Position numbers and translations under genes: made by a program
The notes under the pieces: generated by a model
Database searches by the model: none
What the model saw: the letters and a program-made list of their open reading frames with translations, nothing else
Told to the model about the DNA's origin: nothing
Virus record (IMG/VR): IMGVR_UViG_3300028393_000019
Location: 201,681 to 265,680 of that record
DNA length: 64,000 nt
Reading direction: 5' to 3' (one strand)
Shown here: piece by piece, positions 38,333 through 47,314 of the stretch
Numbering within the stretch: position 1 is the stretch's first letter
Layout: every line of letters starts with the position of its first letter

Positions 38333-39267
38333 AGCGAGTACTAATCACAGGCGGTGCTGGCTACCTAGGCTCTACACTAGCTGAACATTTACTAACACAG
38401 GGCTACAGTGTAACTGTATTTGATAACTTGTTGTACAAACAGTTATCCTTGTTGCATCTATTTAACAGACAGGGCTTTAAATTTGTCTTAGGTGATGTTA
38501 GAGATACTAGACAACTACAGGCATTGGTTAAAGAACATGATATCATTATTCCCCTAGCCGCAATCGTGGGAATGCCTGCTTGCCGAGCCAATCCCGAACT
38601 GGCCAGAGATGTAAACTACAAGCATATAAGATACATAGTGGAAGTACTGGCCAGTGATCAAAAGCTGATCATTCCCAACACCAACAGCCAATACGGATCA
38701 AGTGACGAAATCATTACCGAAGATAGTCCATTCAAACCTTTGAGTTTATATGCCGAAACCAAATGCGATGCAGAAGATGCTGTGCTGTATCATGGCAACG
38801 GTGTTGCACTAAGACTGGCCACAGTGTTTGGTGTCAGTCCACGTATGCGTCAAGACTTGCTGGTAAATGACTTTGTTTATAAAGCAGTTACTGATGGATA
38901 CTTGGTATTGTTTGAAGCGCACTTTAAACGCAATTACATTCATGTACAGGACATTGCCCAAACGTTTCAGTTTATAATTGAAAACTACGACCAGTGTCGA
39001 GGGCAGGCTTATAATGTAGGATTGTCTACTGCTAACCTAAGCAAGCTGGAACTTGCAGAGTGCATTAAAAAGTATGTGCCTAAACTGGCAATCAAGCAGG
39101 ACGAGTTTGCCAAAGACTTTGATCAGCGCAATTACATAGTGAGCAATGCCAAATTGGAAGCATTAGGATGGAATCCCACTTTTAGTTTAGACTACGGCAT
39201 TGAACAACTAATTACAGCATATCAGATGACAATAGTCCACAACAACCGGAACTTTACAAACCTATGA
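38329..39267 (+). CDS. NAD-dependent epimerase/dehydratase
   Basis: ITGGAGYLG, YAETK, LRLATVFGVSPRMRQDLLVN. Confidence 0.85.
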   Translation: MKRVLITGGAGYLGSTLAEHLLTQGYSVTVFDNLLYKQLSLLHLFNRQGFKFVLGDVRDTRQLQALVKEHDIIIPLAAIVGMPACRANPELARDVNYKHIRYIVEVLASDQKLIIPNTNSQYGSSDEIITEDSPFKPLSLYAETKCDAEDAVLYHGNGVALRLATVFGVSPRMRQDLLVNDFVYKAVTDGYLVLFEAHFKRNYIHVQDIAQTFQFIIENYDQCRGQAYNVGLSTANLSKLELAECIKKYVPKLAIKQDEFAKDFDQRNYIVSNAKLEALGWNPTFSLDYGIEQLITAYQMTIVHNNRNFTNL

Positions 39268-39710
39268 CCGAACGCAGATACCTACAGACATTTAGCGAGC
39301 TGATCGATAGATTGAGCATCGTACAGCTTAAAGAAGTATTCATTACAGATTACAAAAAAGAGTACGGTGAAGAGATCGCCGATATCGTGCATGACATACA
39401 GTTGATTATGGACCAGCATCCGGATGCCAAAGTGGATGCAGAAACTATTCGAGCCATTGTGGTGTTGGCTCAAATGAACTTGCATATTTGGCACAACGAA
39501 TCAAACTACCGCAGAGGAATCAAAGACGGCAACAATTTGGAATTGACACACGGCTTGAACGGAATCCGCAACACTAGCAAAAATATCATTCAAGAAGTTG
39601 TGGGCGGACGCAAAGACTACAAAGTTGATTGTTTGGCTGCAGACTTCCAGGGTTGGGAAATCAGCTGGAACAAAGATGTTTCACAAGACAACAAGCCATC
39701 AGTGCCATGA
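39264..39710 (+). CDS. Hypothetical protein in sugar cluster
   Basis: 148 aa, TFSELIDRLSIVQLK; coupled on both sides. Confidence 0.6.
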   Translation: MTERRYLQTFSELIDRLSIVQLKEVFITDYKKEYGEEIADIVHDIQLIMDQHPDAKVDAETIRAIVVLAQMNLHIWHNESNYRRGIKDGNNLELTHGLNGIRNTSKNIIQEVVGGRKDYKVDCLAADFQGWEISWNKDVSQDNKPSVP

Positions 39711-40246
39711 CCAAACCACAAACATCAATTTACAAAGACGCTTTGACTGAAGCTATGACCTATTTGGGTGAGCAAATCGATACTGTATTCATTGGACAGC
39801 AGATTGTGTATCCGGGTAACCCGATGAGTACTACTTTAGTAAACGTAGCCAAAGACAAGATGATCGAAGTTCCAGTAATGGAAGAAACACAAATGGGCAT
39901 GAGTTTGGGCATGAGTATGATGGGCCAAACTGTGATCAGCTTTTATCCTCGCTGGAACTTTTTGATCTGCGCGGCTAATCAATTGATCAATCATGTGGAC
40001 AAGTACGAGGAAATGACTGGCAAACAAGCCAATATAATCATTCGAGTGGCCAAAGGTGCAGACGAGCCGTTGGATCCGGGTCCACAGCACAAAGCCAATT
40101 TCATTGCAGAGTTTACCAGCATGTGTCCAAATACTCGATTTTACGATCTAAAATCTGCAGATAGCATTTTGGACACTTATAAAAATGCTTACAAAACGGG
40201 CGGAATCCACATTGTGGCAGAATACCCACAGTTATATATTGCTTGA
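39707..40246 (+). CDS. TPP-dependent E1 beta/transketolase pyrimidine-binding subunit (short)
   Basis: ATG at 39707; EVPVMEETQMGMSLG, PRWNF, NQLINH, PGPQH. Confidence 0.8.
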   Translation: MTKPQTSIYKDALTEAMTYLGEQIDTVFIGQQIVYPGNPMSTTLVNVAKDKMIEVPVMEETQMGMSLGMSMMGQTVISFYPRWNFLICAANQLINHVDKYEEMTGKQANIIIRVAKGADEPLDPGPQHKANFIAEFTSMCPNTRFYDLKSADSILDTYKNAYKTGGIHIVAEYPQLYIA

Positions 40247-40271
40247 CATAGCATCAATTTGGTGCTATAAT
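40243..40271 (+). promoter_or_regulatory. Consensus sigma70 promoter
   Basis: TTGACA-N17-TATAAT, then AGGAG RBS. Confidence 0.85.
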
Positions 40272-40303
40272 ATAAGTATTGTTTAACTAGTTAGGAGCAT
40301 GAA

Positions 40304-41503
40304 TTGGCTAAAGTCGCTACAAAACCCCGTGTTACAAAAAAGCAGGTAATTGCACATCGTACACGAGCTGTAAAAGATCACAGCCCAGTTTGGGAAGGTT
40401 GTGAGTCTTGGGACGCAGATACATTCCACCGCTTCTTTAAGAAGGCAATGGACTACTACCGCTTAGAAAGCGATATCAAAACTTACAAGCCCGCTGTGAT
40501 TCGTTGGATGGAATCAGTTGGCTGTACTAAAGCAGACATTACAGCGTTTAAGAAAGTCAAAGATTCGCGTATTGGTACCACAATGGGTGCTGTGGCTTGC
40601 TGTTTGAATCGCGGAATGACAGCTAATCGTGCAGACTTCAATCAAGGTCGTGACACTGCCGCTTGGTTGCGATCAGAGATTGTCAAAGTTATTGCGGCAG
40701 GCAAGCATGACGTTGATCCAGAAGAAACAAAATTGCTGGAAGCAAGCAAACCTGTAGTGATTCAACCCACTATCCAAGAGCGTGTGCGTGAAACTGCCAT
40801 GAAGATGACAGAAGAAATTGAAGACGCAATTGAAGGCTTCCAAACTGACCCAGACACATTTGATCCAAAAGCATTCAAGATGCTGAACTTGCTCAAAGGC
40901 AAAGAAGTCAAAGCCGCACATGCTAGAATCATCAAAACGTTTTATGCTCGAGATTTAGCAGAACTTGAAGAACTTGCAAGCGGTAGCAAAGATGAGCAGT
41001 TGATCGAAGGCTACAGTCATCGTACTAAGAAGCAGATTCGTAATTTGATTGCGTTTTATCAAGAGATCATGAGTGCGTGTGACATGCTAGCGCAAGAAGC
41101 TAAAGTTAATCGTGCGCCACGTGCTAAGAAAGCACAACCTAAAGAAAAGGTTGTGGCCAAGTTGAAGTATAAGAAGAGTGACGAGCCCATGAAGCTAGTG
41201 TCTATCAATCCTGTAGACATCATTGGTGCTAAGGAACTTTGGATCTACAATACCAAGACTCGTAAGTTAGGCAAGTACGTGGCTAACGAGTACATGGAAC
41301 TTGGAGTCAAGGGTACTACTATTACAGGCTTCAACGAAAATACTAGCGTTTGCAAAACACTACGCAAGCCCGAAGACAAGCTAAAAGAGTTCAAAGCCGC
41401 TGGTAAGGTACAACTACGCAAGTTCTTAGAAGACATTAATGCTACAGACACTAAGATGAATGGACGCATTAACGAAGAAACTATCCTAGTTAAAGTAGCT
41501 TAA
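40304..41503 (+). CDS. Conserved large-phage hypothetical protein (Lys-rich)
   Basis: 399 aa, TTG start 6 nt after AGGAG. Confidence 0.7.
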   Translation: MAKVATKPRVTKKQVIAHRTRAVKDHSPVWEGCESWDADTFHRFFKKAMDYYRLESDIKTYKPAVIRWMESVGCTKADITAFKKVKDSRIGTTMGAVACCLNRGMTANRADFNQGRDTAAWLRSEIVKVIAAGKHDVDPEETKLLEASKPVVIQPTIQERVRETAMKMTEEIEDAIEGFQTDPDTFDPKAFKMLNLLKGKEVKAAHARIIKTFYARDLAELEELASGSKDEQLIEGYSHRTKKQIRNLIAFYQEIMSACDMLAQEAKVNRAPRAKKAQPKEKVVAKLKYKKSDEPMKLVSINPVDIIGAKELWIYNTKTRKLGKYVANEYMELGVKGTTITGFNENTSVCKTLRKPEDKLKEFKAAGKVQLRKFLEDINATDTKMNGRINEETILVKVA

Positions 41504-43743
41504 TTGATGTTAACGGTTGTCCCCGATGTAGCAGTTGGGGCAATCCTAACAGCATTAAATGTTGGAATACCGTTAGCATCAGTATTGTTTAGCCCCTGTG
41601 CATCTGCGGCGCTAGATTGTACTTGTATATAAATTGTATAAGGATAAGTTTGTCCAGTAGGCATGTTTACTATCCATTCTGGCGCACATAATAAATTGAA
41701 AAAACTTTGTCCACTAGTCTGCGCAATACGTTCAACTAACATTCTTTCTTGAGCCACACCACTGTTCAAAAGTTCCCCAGTTCCTGATGTACCGCTACTG
41801 AATAGTCCGCATTTAATGAATTCTGCGGCACCGCTTGCCCTAATACGTAAATTAGCCCACACACGCCATATACCCGAGCTTGGTATTACTATACTACCTA
41901 AACTGACCCAAGTTGTTGAAGTAAATGCCACAGCGGACAAGTTAGCGGTTACATAGGACAAGTTAGGTGTATAGTTGTTGATAGTAGTAGCACCACCGCC
42001 TGTACTTGAACCAATAGTAATGTTTGTAGTTGATCCGCTTACACCTCCAGTACCAATGTTTATGGCTTTGGTGGTCGCTGAAAGTGTTGCACCTGTGGCA
42101 AAATTATATGTACTTGCACCAGTTGATGCTGTAAACATGTTTACAGTTTGAGCACCTGTTGCTGTATTTGCCAAACTGTATGTTGTTGCCGCGCCAAATT
42201 CAGCAACAGTTGTTGCCGCATTTGCTAAGTTAAGAGTAGTTGCGGCTCCTAATAATGCTACAGTGCCATTCGGAGTAGCAAATGCGCTAGTCAATCCTGT
42301 AGTACCATCTATACTTGTTAGTCCAGCTAAGGTAGTTGATGATCCACCTAACGAAACCGCAGTGCTACCAAATGTCACTGAGCTATTGGCCAACATGGTG
42401 TTTGATACTGTGCCTGTATCACCAGTGCCAATTAGTGTGCCTGTTGTGATTGGTAAGGATAAAGTTGGAGTACCTGCTGTAGCTGTTGCTTGTACTGTTA
42501 CCGTACCGCTGGTACTGCCGGGAAACGCTACTGAACTGATACCGGTCAAAGCCAGATTGGCCGTAGCTCTATTGATAGCCACACTGGTTGTACCTATGAA
42601 CATTGTTTGATTATTCAAAGGCACAGTACCAGTTGTGCTTGGTAATGTAATTGTTGTTGAATCAGTACCGGCTAGCGTAATAGTGTTACTAACTGAAAAT
42701 GTTTTACCATCTGCCACTGCCAGTGTTGAACCGGTAGCTGGTGCAGTAATTGCCATCTTGTTGACACTGGTAGCAGTAGCTACTCCTAGTGTGGGAGTGG
42801 TCAATGATGGACTTGTTGCCAGTACCACATTACCTGTACCAGTTGAACTGGTCAATGTAGGCGCTTGAGCAACAGAACCAGTACCAGTTGATGTTAAGAA
42901 CTGCGGTGTTGTTGATGTGTTGCCAGTAACAAACAATGTGGTATTTGCGGCTGACTGATATGGAATATAGCCGACTGCTCCGCCAGTTATGCCCGCGGCA
43001 TAGCCATCAATACTGGTAATACCAGTCAATGCCAAACTTGCACTGGCACGATTGATAGCCACACTGGTTGAACCTATGAAAAATGTTTGGTTGTTTAACG
43101 GCACTGTACCAGTTGTGCCGGGCAATGTTATTGTTGTTGAATCAGTGCCAGCTAAGGTAATTGTGTTTTGCACTGCAAATGTTTTAAGATTGGTCAGTGT
43201 AAATGTACCTGTACTAGATGTAATTGTTAGTCCGTTCAAACTGGTAGCAGTTGCAACACCTAATGTAGGAGTTACTAGCGAAGGACTTGTTCCAAATACT
43301 ACGTTACCTGTTCCGGTAACACCGGTTGATGTTATTCCATCTAGAGAAAATGTACCGGCTGCACCTAGCACCAAGTTGTTTACATTAAGTGTACCAGTTC
43401 CCGGATTATAACTCAACGGAGTAGTTGTGCTTTCATAGTAGAGTGTACTACTAGTATAGGTGCCTGTAGCAGGATTAAATGTTCCAGGTGCTGTGGTGAA
43501 CACAGGGTAATAAGTACCAGCTGAGTTCTGTGCTGTAATCGTTGTTAGTGCGCCTGTACCGTTACCAGTGTTTGTAATGGTGATTTTACGGTTTGCAGTA
43601 TCTGAAGTAAGCGTAATACCGAACCCGCCCACTATGGTAAGTGTACCGCCCACGCCGGGTGCTGTTAATGTTCCGTCAACTTCCCCTGCGTTTGTGCCGC
43701 TGGTTGCGACATAACGGAAAGCATCTGCAATGGCTACTGACAT
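41500..43743 (-). CDS. Thr/Gly-rich tail-fibre-like virion protein
   Basis: 747 aa, beta-rich low-complexity repeats, internal duplication; late promoter upstream. Confidence 0.7.
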   Translation of the reverse strand: MSVAIADAFRYVATSGTNAGEVDGTLTAPGVGGTLTIVGGFGITLTSDTANRKITITNTGNGTGALTTITAQNSAGTYYPVFTTAPGTFNPATGTYTSSTLYYESTTTPLSYNPGTGTLNVNNLVLGAAGTFSLDGITSTGVTGTGNVVFGTSPSLVTPTLGVATATSLNGLTITSSTGTFTLTNLKTFAVQNTITLAGTDSTTITLPGTTGTVPLNNQTFFIGSTSVAINRASASLALTGITSIDGYAAGITGGAVGYIPYQSAANTTLFVTGNTSTTPQFLTSTGTGSVAQAPTLTSSTGTGNVVLATSPSLTTPTLGVATATSVNKMAITAPATGSTLAVADGKTFSVSNTITLAGTDSTTITLPSTTGTVPLNNQTMFIGTTSVAINRATANLALTGISSVAFPGSTSGTVTVQATATAGTPTLSLPITTGTLIGTGDTGTVSNTMLANSSVTFGSTAVSLGGSSTTLAGLTSIDGTTGLTSAFATPNGTVALLGAATTLNLANAATTVAEFGAATTYSLANTATGAQTVNMFTASTGASTYNFATGATLSATTKAINIGTGGVSGSTTNITIGSSTGGGATTINNYTPNLSYVTANLSAVAFTSTTWVSLGSIVIPSSGIWRVWANLRIRASGAAEFIKCGLFSSGTSGTGELLNSGVAQERMLVERIAQTSGQSFFNLLCAPEWIVNMPTGQTYPYTIYIQVQSSAADAQGLNNTDANGIPTFNAVRIAPTATSGTTVNIN
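42540..43330 (-). repeat. Intragenic duplication, 480-nt period
   Basis: ATTGATAGCCACACTGGTTG at 42571 and 43051; protein unit TGTGNVV..TSPSL.TPTLGVATATS...NTITLAGTDSTTITLP.TTGTVPLNNQT.FIG.TSVAINRA occurs twice. Confidence 0.85.
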
Positions 43744-43763
43744 AAAAAGTCCTCTTTATATGA

Positions 43764-43794
43764 TATTTAGTGTAATTTGGGCTTAAGATAAATA
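43764..43794. promoter_or_regulatory. Back-to-back late promoter cores
   Basis: TATTTA 43764-43769 and TAAATA 43789-43794 between divergent structural-type genes. Confidence 0.6.
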
Positions 43795-43812
43795 CTTGAA
43801 AGAGAACCCTAT

Positions 43813-45264
43813 ATGGCCCAACTATTAAATGTAACAGAAGACGGCACCGTCATAATGGACAAAGTAGCCCTGAAATACACATCAGGGAGCATAATCCATT
43901 CTGGAAGTCTTGAAGTAATCAACTCTGTACAGATCGACAACAATCTAGTTGTTGCTGGAACCATCACGGCCGACACGTTCAATGTTAAGAATTTAATCAC
44001 AGAAAACGGCAGTCTAGCATCTGTAGGCAATTGGATTTACAACTCAGAAGCTGAACTAAACGGCAAAGGTTTTACCTGGAGCTGGGGTACTGGACAAACA
44101 CAACTGGTGTATCGTTCGGGTAGCAGAATTTGGGCCAACGCTAGTTTTGACATCACAGCAGAATCCAGTTACCGTATTGACAACATTGCTGTGCTTACCA
44201 GTAACAGTTTGGGTGCCACTATTACCAACAGTAGCCTGACCAGTATAGGCACTCTAAATTCACTTGCAGTGTCCGGCAGTAGCACATTTGCAGACTTTGT
44301 TTACATTGACAGCGACAGTAATAGAATTGGTATAGGCACACCCGAGCCCAACAGTTCGCTCAGTATTTTAGACAACAACGTGGAACTCACTATAGGCAGT
44401 CCGCAGATCAGTCTAGGTGCCATTGGTACACACAGCAGTCACGATCTTGCTATTGTTACAGACAATATTCCACGTATCACAGTCAAGAATATGGGCGAAG
44501 TGCAGATAGGCAACGCTCAAAGCAACGGTGCTGTGCTACGTGTTTACGGTACTATCTATGCTGATCGTATCGAATCAGCTGGCAGCACAGGCATACCAAA
44601 AAGCGTAGAATTCGTATCCACGCAAGAATCCAGTATGTTTGGTACAGGTCTAGTATGGACCAGTGGTGCTTTATCACATCAGTTGGTCATGATGGATCAT
44701 CCTCGCAGACTTTGGACTACAGAAAACTTTGATCTTGACAAAGATCGCTCGTATCATATCAACGGTGAAGTGGCCCTTAGCGCCGGCACCCTGGGATCAT
44801 CTATCACTATCAGCAATTTGACCAAATTAGGCATACTGAGTGATCTGCACGTGAGCGGTCCTGCAGTGGTAAAATCAATCACAGCTGGATCTCTAACAGT
44901 GGATAACACAGTGTATGGATCCGGTGGCTTCTCATATGAAGGACAACCAGTGATCACAGCCTATGGCAATCAAACTATCATAGGCAATAGAGATGTACAA
45001 ACTGCTCCGGTCAAGATATTTGGACCGTTGAGCGTGAATGTAAACAATCCAGAACCGGGTGTACAGTTCAGCGTCAACGGTGATGTCAGTATCGGCGGCA
45101 AAAAGTTTACCAATGGTATAGGTGTTCCAAGTAGTGGTACATTTACACAGGGCGACATTTGCTGGAACATAGGACCGCAGCCAGGCGGATATGCGGGTTG
45201 GATTTGTACAGCCAGTGGAACCCCAGGAGCATGGGCGCCGTTTGGATTGATTGCTAGCCAATAG
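43813..45264 (+). CDS. Virion/tail-fibre-like protein with internal repeat
   Basis: 483 aa; two copies of G..W..G....QLV......W....FD.....SY.I....L....LG..IT.S.LT..G.L..L.VSG; C-terminal GDICWN..P.PGGYAGWIC...GTPG.W. Confidence 0.65.
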   Translation: MAQLLNVTEDGTVIMDKVALKYTSGSIIHSGSLEVINSVQIDNNLVVAGTITADTFNVKNLITENGSLASVGNWIYNSEAELNGKGFTWSWGTGQTQLVYRSGSRIWANASFDITAESSYRIDNIAVLTSNSLGATITNSSLTSIGTLNSLAVSGSSTFADFVYIDSDSNRIGIGTPEPNSSLSILDNNVELTIGSPQISLGAIGTHSSHDLAIVTDNIPRITVKNMGEVQIGNAQSNGAVLRVYGTIYADRIESAGSTGIPKSVEFVSTQESSMFGTGLVWTSGALSHQLVMMDHPRRLWTTENFDLDKDRSYHINGEVALSAGTLGSSITISNLTKLGILSDLHVSGPAVVKSITAGSLTVDNTVYGSGGFSYEGQPVITAYGNQTIIGNRDVQTAPVKIFGPLSVNVNNPEPGVQFSVNGDVSIGGKKFTNGIGVPSSGTFTQGDICWNIGPQPGGYAGWICTASGTPGAWAPFGLIASQ

Positions 45265-45266
45265 AG

Positions 45267-45294
45267 TTGACCTTTACAGTTAAATCTGTATAAT
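45267..45294 (+). promoter_or_regulatory. Sigma70-type promoter for the queD operon
   Basis: TTGACC-N16-TATAAT; predicted +1 near 45301. Confidence 0.6.
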
Positions 45295-45300
45295 TACTAT

Positions 45301-45373
45301 ATGCGGACTTAGGCATTCATCCCGCAATATAAACTCTGCATGCCATTGCTTAATCAAGGAGATTACAATGGCA
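45301..45373 (+). ncRNA. Candidate cis-regulatory RNA (riboswitch-like pseudoknot/sequestration switch) in the queD leader
   Basis: P1 TGCGG/CCGCA, loop GGCAT pairs with ATGCC (pseudoknot), mutually exclusive with a 13-bp hairpin TGCCATTG+TAATC/GATTA+CAATGGCA covering the start codon. Confidence 0.6.
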
Positions 45374-45853
45374 AAATTTTACTCAACAAAAACTTACGGA
45401 AACGACCGCGGCTTATCATGCTGTTTTAGACAATGGCGTGCCACACACAGCCACTGCTCGACACTACATGGTTACTCAATCGGCATCAAGCTAATCTTTG
45501 AATGCGATACACTAGATGACAAAAACTGGTGTATGGACTTTGGTGGGCTTAAAGAATTTAAAGCGTGGGCAGACTATATGTTTGATCACACGTTAGTAAT
45601 CGCAGAAGATGATCCTCACTTAGAAACATTCCAAAAACTAAATGCAATTAAGGGCGGTTTTGAAGACAGCGGAATATGTGATCTACGCATTGTGCCCGGA
45701 GTAGGCTGTGAAATGTTTGCTAAAATAGCCTACGATAAAATGGCTGAACTTTTGGCAAGTGGTGATATGCGTTATCCAATTAATCCAACAGTAAGAATCA
45801 AATCGGTCGAGGTGTTCGAACATGGCGCAAATTCGGCTACCTACGAAGGTTGA
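45368..45853 (+). CDS. queD: 6-pyruvoyl-tetrahydropterin/6-carboxytetrahydropterin synthase family
   Basis: HSHCSTLHGY, DFGGLK, DHT, GCEMFA, VEVFEHGANSATY. Confidence 0.8.
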   Translation: MAKFYSTKTYGNDRGLSCCFRQWRATHSHCSTLHGYSIGIKLIFECDTLDDKNWCMDFGGLKEFKAWADYMFDHTLVIAEDDPHLETFQKLNAIKGGFEDSGICDLRIVPGVGCEMFAKIAYDKMAELLASGDMRYPINPTVRIKSVEVFEHGANSATYEG

Positions 45854-46067
45854 TTTTTATATTGAGTGGCTCGCTACTGTATCATTTTTATGTTCAGTGG
45901 CGTTGACCTCTCTTAACTACTATCCAACTTATCTATATATCAGTCTATTAACCAATGTACTTTGGTTAATAGTAGGTATTATCTGGCGCAAATGGTCGCT
46001 CATAACAGTTGAATTTGTCGTCTGTTTCATGTATACTATAGGTATTATAAACTACTGGCTACACTAA
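45822..46067 (+). CDS. Small 3-TM membrane protein
   Basis: 81 aa with three hydrophobic helices; start uncertain. Confidence 0.55.
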   Translation: MAQIRLPTKVDFYIEWLATVSFLCSVALTSLNYYPTYLYISLLTNVLWLIVGIIWRKWSLITVEFVVCFMYTIGIINYWLH

Positions 46068-47092
46068 TGAAACGTCTCGGCTTTGCCTGCAAGTGGATCG
46101 ATCGTCCAGATCAAGTGGACGGTATCAGTCCAAAAGACGATGCAAAAAAATACAACACTGGTTCGACTACAGTTTCTTGGTTAAATAGACAATCGAGAGA
46201 TCAAGCGGAACAAAAGTTATGGGACCTAATGGTAGGCAATATCGAGGCAACTCGAAAGTTGGTAGAACGTGTCAGCACACTTGACCCTCATCTTAGGATG
46301 GTTAGGATTAGCAGTGACATTCTCCCTGTTTATACTCACGCTGACTTTGCTGATTATTGGCGTAAACCTGACGTGGTTTCATACGCCGAAACCGCGTTTA
46401 AAAGAGTGGGCGATCTTGCTCGCAATAGCAATGTTCGGTTGTCTATGCATCCTGGGCAGTTTACTGTCCTGGCAAGCGATAACCCAGGCATTGTCGAACG
46501 CTCAATCGCAGAGTTCGAATATCACACAGACATGGCCCGCTGGATGGGCTATGGAAAGTCGTTTCAAGACTTTAAAATCAATGTACACATATCAGGTAAA
46601 CAAGGTCCCGAAGGTATCAGACGAGCCTACGGAAAACTAACACCCGAAGCTCGAAACTGTATTACAATCGAAAACGAAGAAAACTCATGGGGGCTAGATG
46701 ATTGTCTCACTATTAGCGATATTATACCTATTGTTCTTGACGTTCATCATTTTTGGATTCGAGAAGGAAGTTACTTAGATCCTAGCGATATCCGAGTTAC
46801 ACGGGTTGTTGACAGCTGGCGCGGCCTTCGTCCTACTATGCATTACTCCATATCAAGAGAAGACTATCTTGTTGGACACGATCCAATGGTTCCACCAGAC
46901 CATAAACAGCTTCTTTTAGACGGTTACAAAAAGCAAAAGCTCAGAGCCCACTCTGACTTTTATTGGAATACAAAAGTTAGTGAATGGGCCTTGAGCTTTT
47001 TAGAAACACACGATATTATGTGCGAATCTAAGGGTAAGAACTTGGCTAGCTTTGCTCTATACGAGCAAGCTAAACTACTTAAACTGCTTTAG
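46067..47092 (+). CDS. uvsE: UV DNA damage endonuclease (UvsE/UVDE)
   Basis: RISSDILP, RLSMHPGQF.VL.S, INVHISG, ITIENEE, VLDVHH, TMHYS, RAHSD, IMCESKGK. Confidence 0.9.
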   Translation: MKRLGFACKWIDRPDQVDGISPKDDAKKYNTGSTTVSWLNRQSRDQAEQKLWDLMVGNIEATRKLVERVSTLDPHLRMVRISSDILPVYTHADFADYWRKPDVVSYAETAFKRVGDLARNSNVRLSMHPGQFTVLASDNPGIVERSIAEFEYHTDMARWMGYGKSFQDFKINVHISGKQGPEGIRRAYGKLTPEARNCITIENEENSWGLDDCLTISDIIPIVLDVHHFWIREGSYLDPSDIRVTRVVDSWRGLRPTMHYSISREDYLVGHDPMVPPDHKQLLLDGYKKQKLRAHSDFYWNTKVSEWALSFLETHDIMCESKGKNLASFALYEQAKLLKLL

Positions 47093-47294
47093 GCTTACGT
47101 GGAGCACGTGGCTTTTTAACAGCTGGTGCTTTCTTAGCCGCTGGCTTTTTCTTAGCTGGTGCCATAGATTCTACAACTGCTTGTGTAGCTTGTTCAGCAA
47201 CTGCTGTAGGTGCAGGAGTTTCCACTTTATAAGGAACTTCTGCTTCTACTGCTTTAGGCTTAATACCAAATAGTTTTTTAATGTGATGTAACAT
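47079..47294 (-). CDS. Small protein with histone H1-like Lys/Ala/Pro tail
   Basis: ATG 47294 after AGGAG; ends PAKKKPAAKKAPAVKKPRAPRKPKAV. Confidence 0.65.
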   Translation of the reverse strand: MLHHIKKLFGIKPKAVEAEVPYKVETPAPTAVAEQATQAVVESMAPAKKKPAAKKAPAVKKPRAPRKPKAV

Positions 47295-47314
47295 AGTTAA
47301 ATCTCCTAGTCCAA

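Noticed and set aside
34398-40246. Functional pyruvate dehydrogenase as a central-metabolism AMG
   Set aside because: Subunits are truncated, E2/E3 are absent from the window, and the context is nucleotide-sugar enzymes
45301-45345. Canonical preQ1-I riboswitch
   Set aside because: Architecture is similar but the UUC...YAC loop and AAAAAACUA tail consensus are not matched; kept only as a novel candidate
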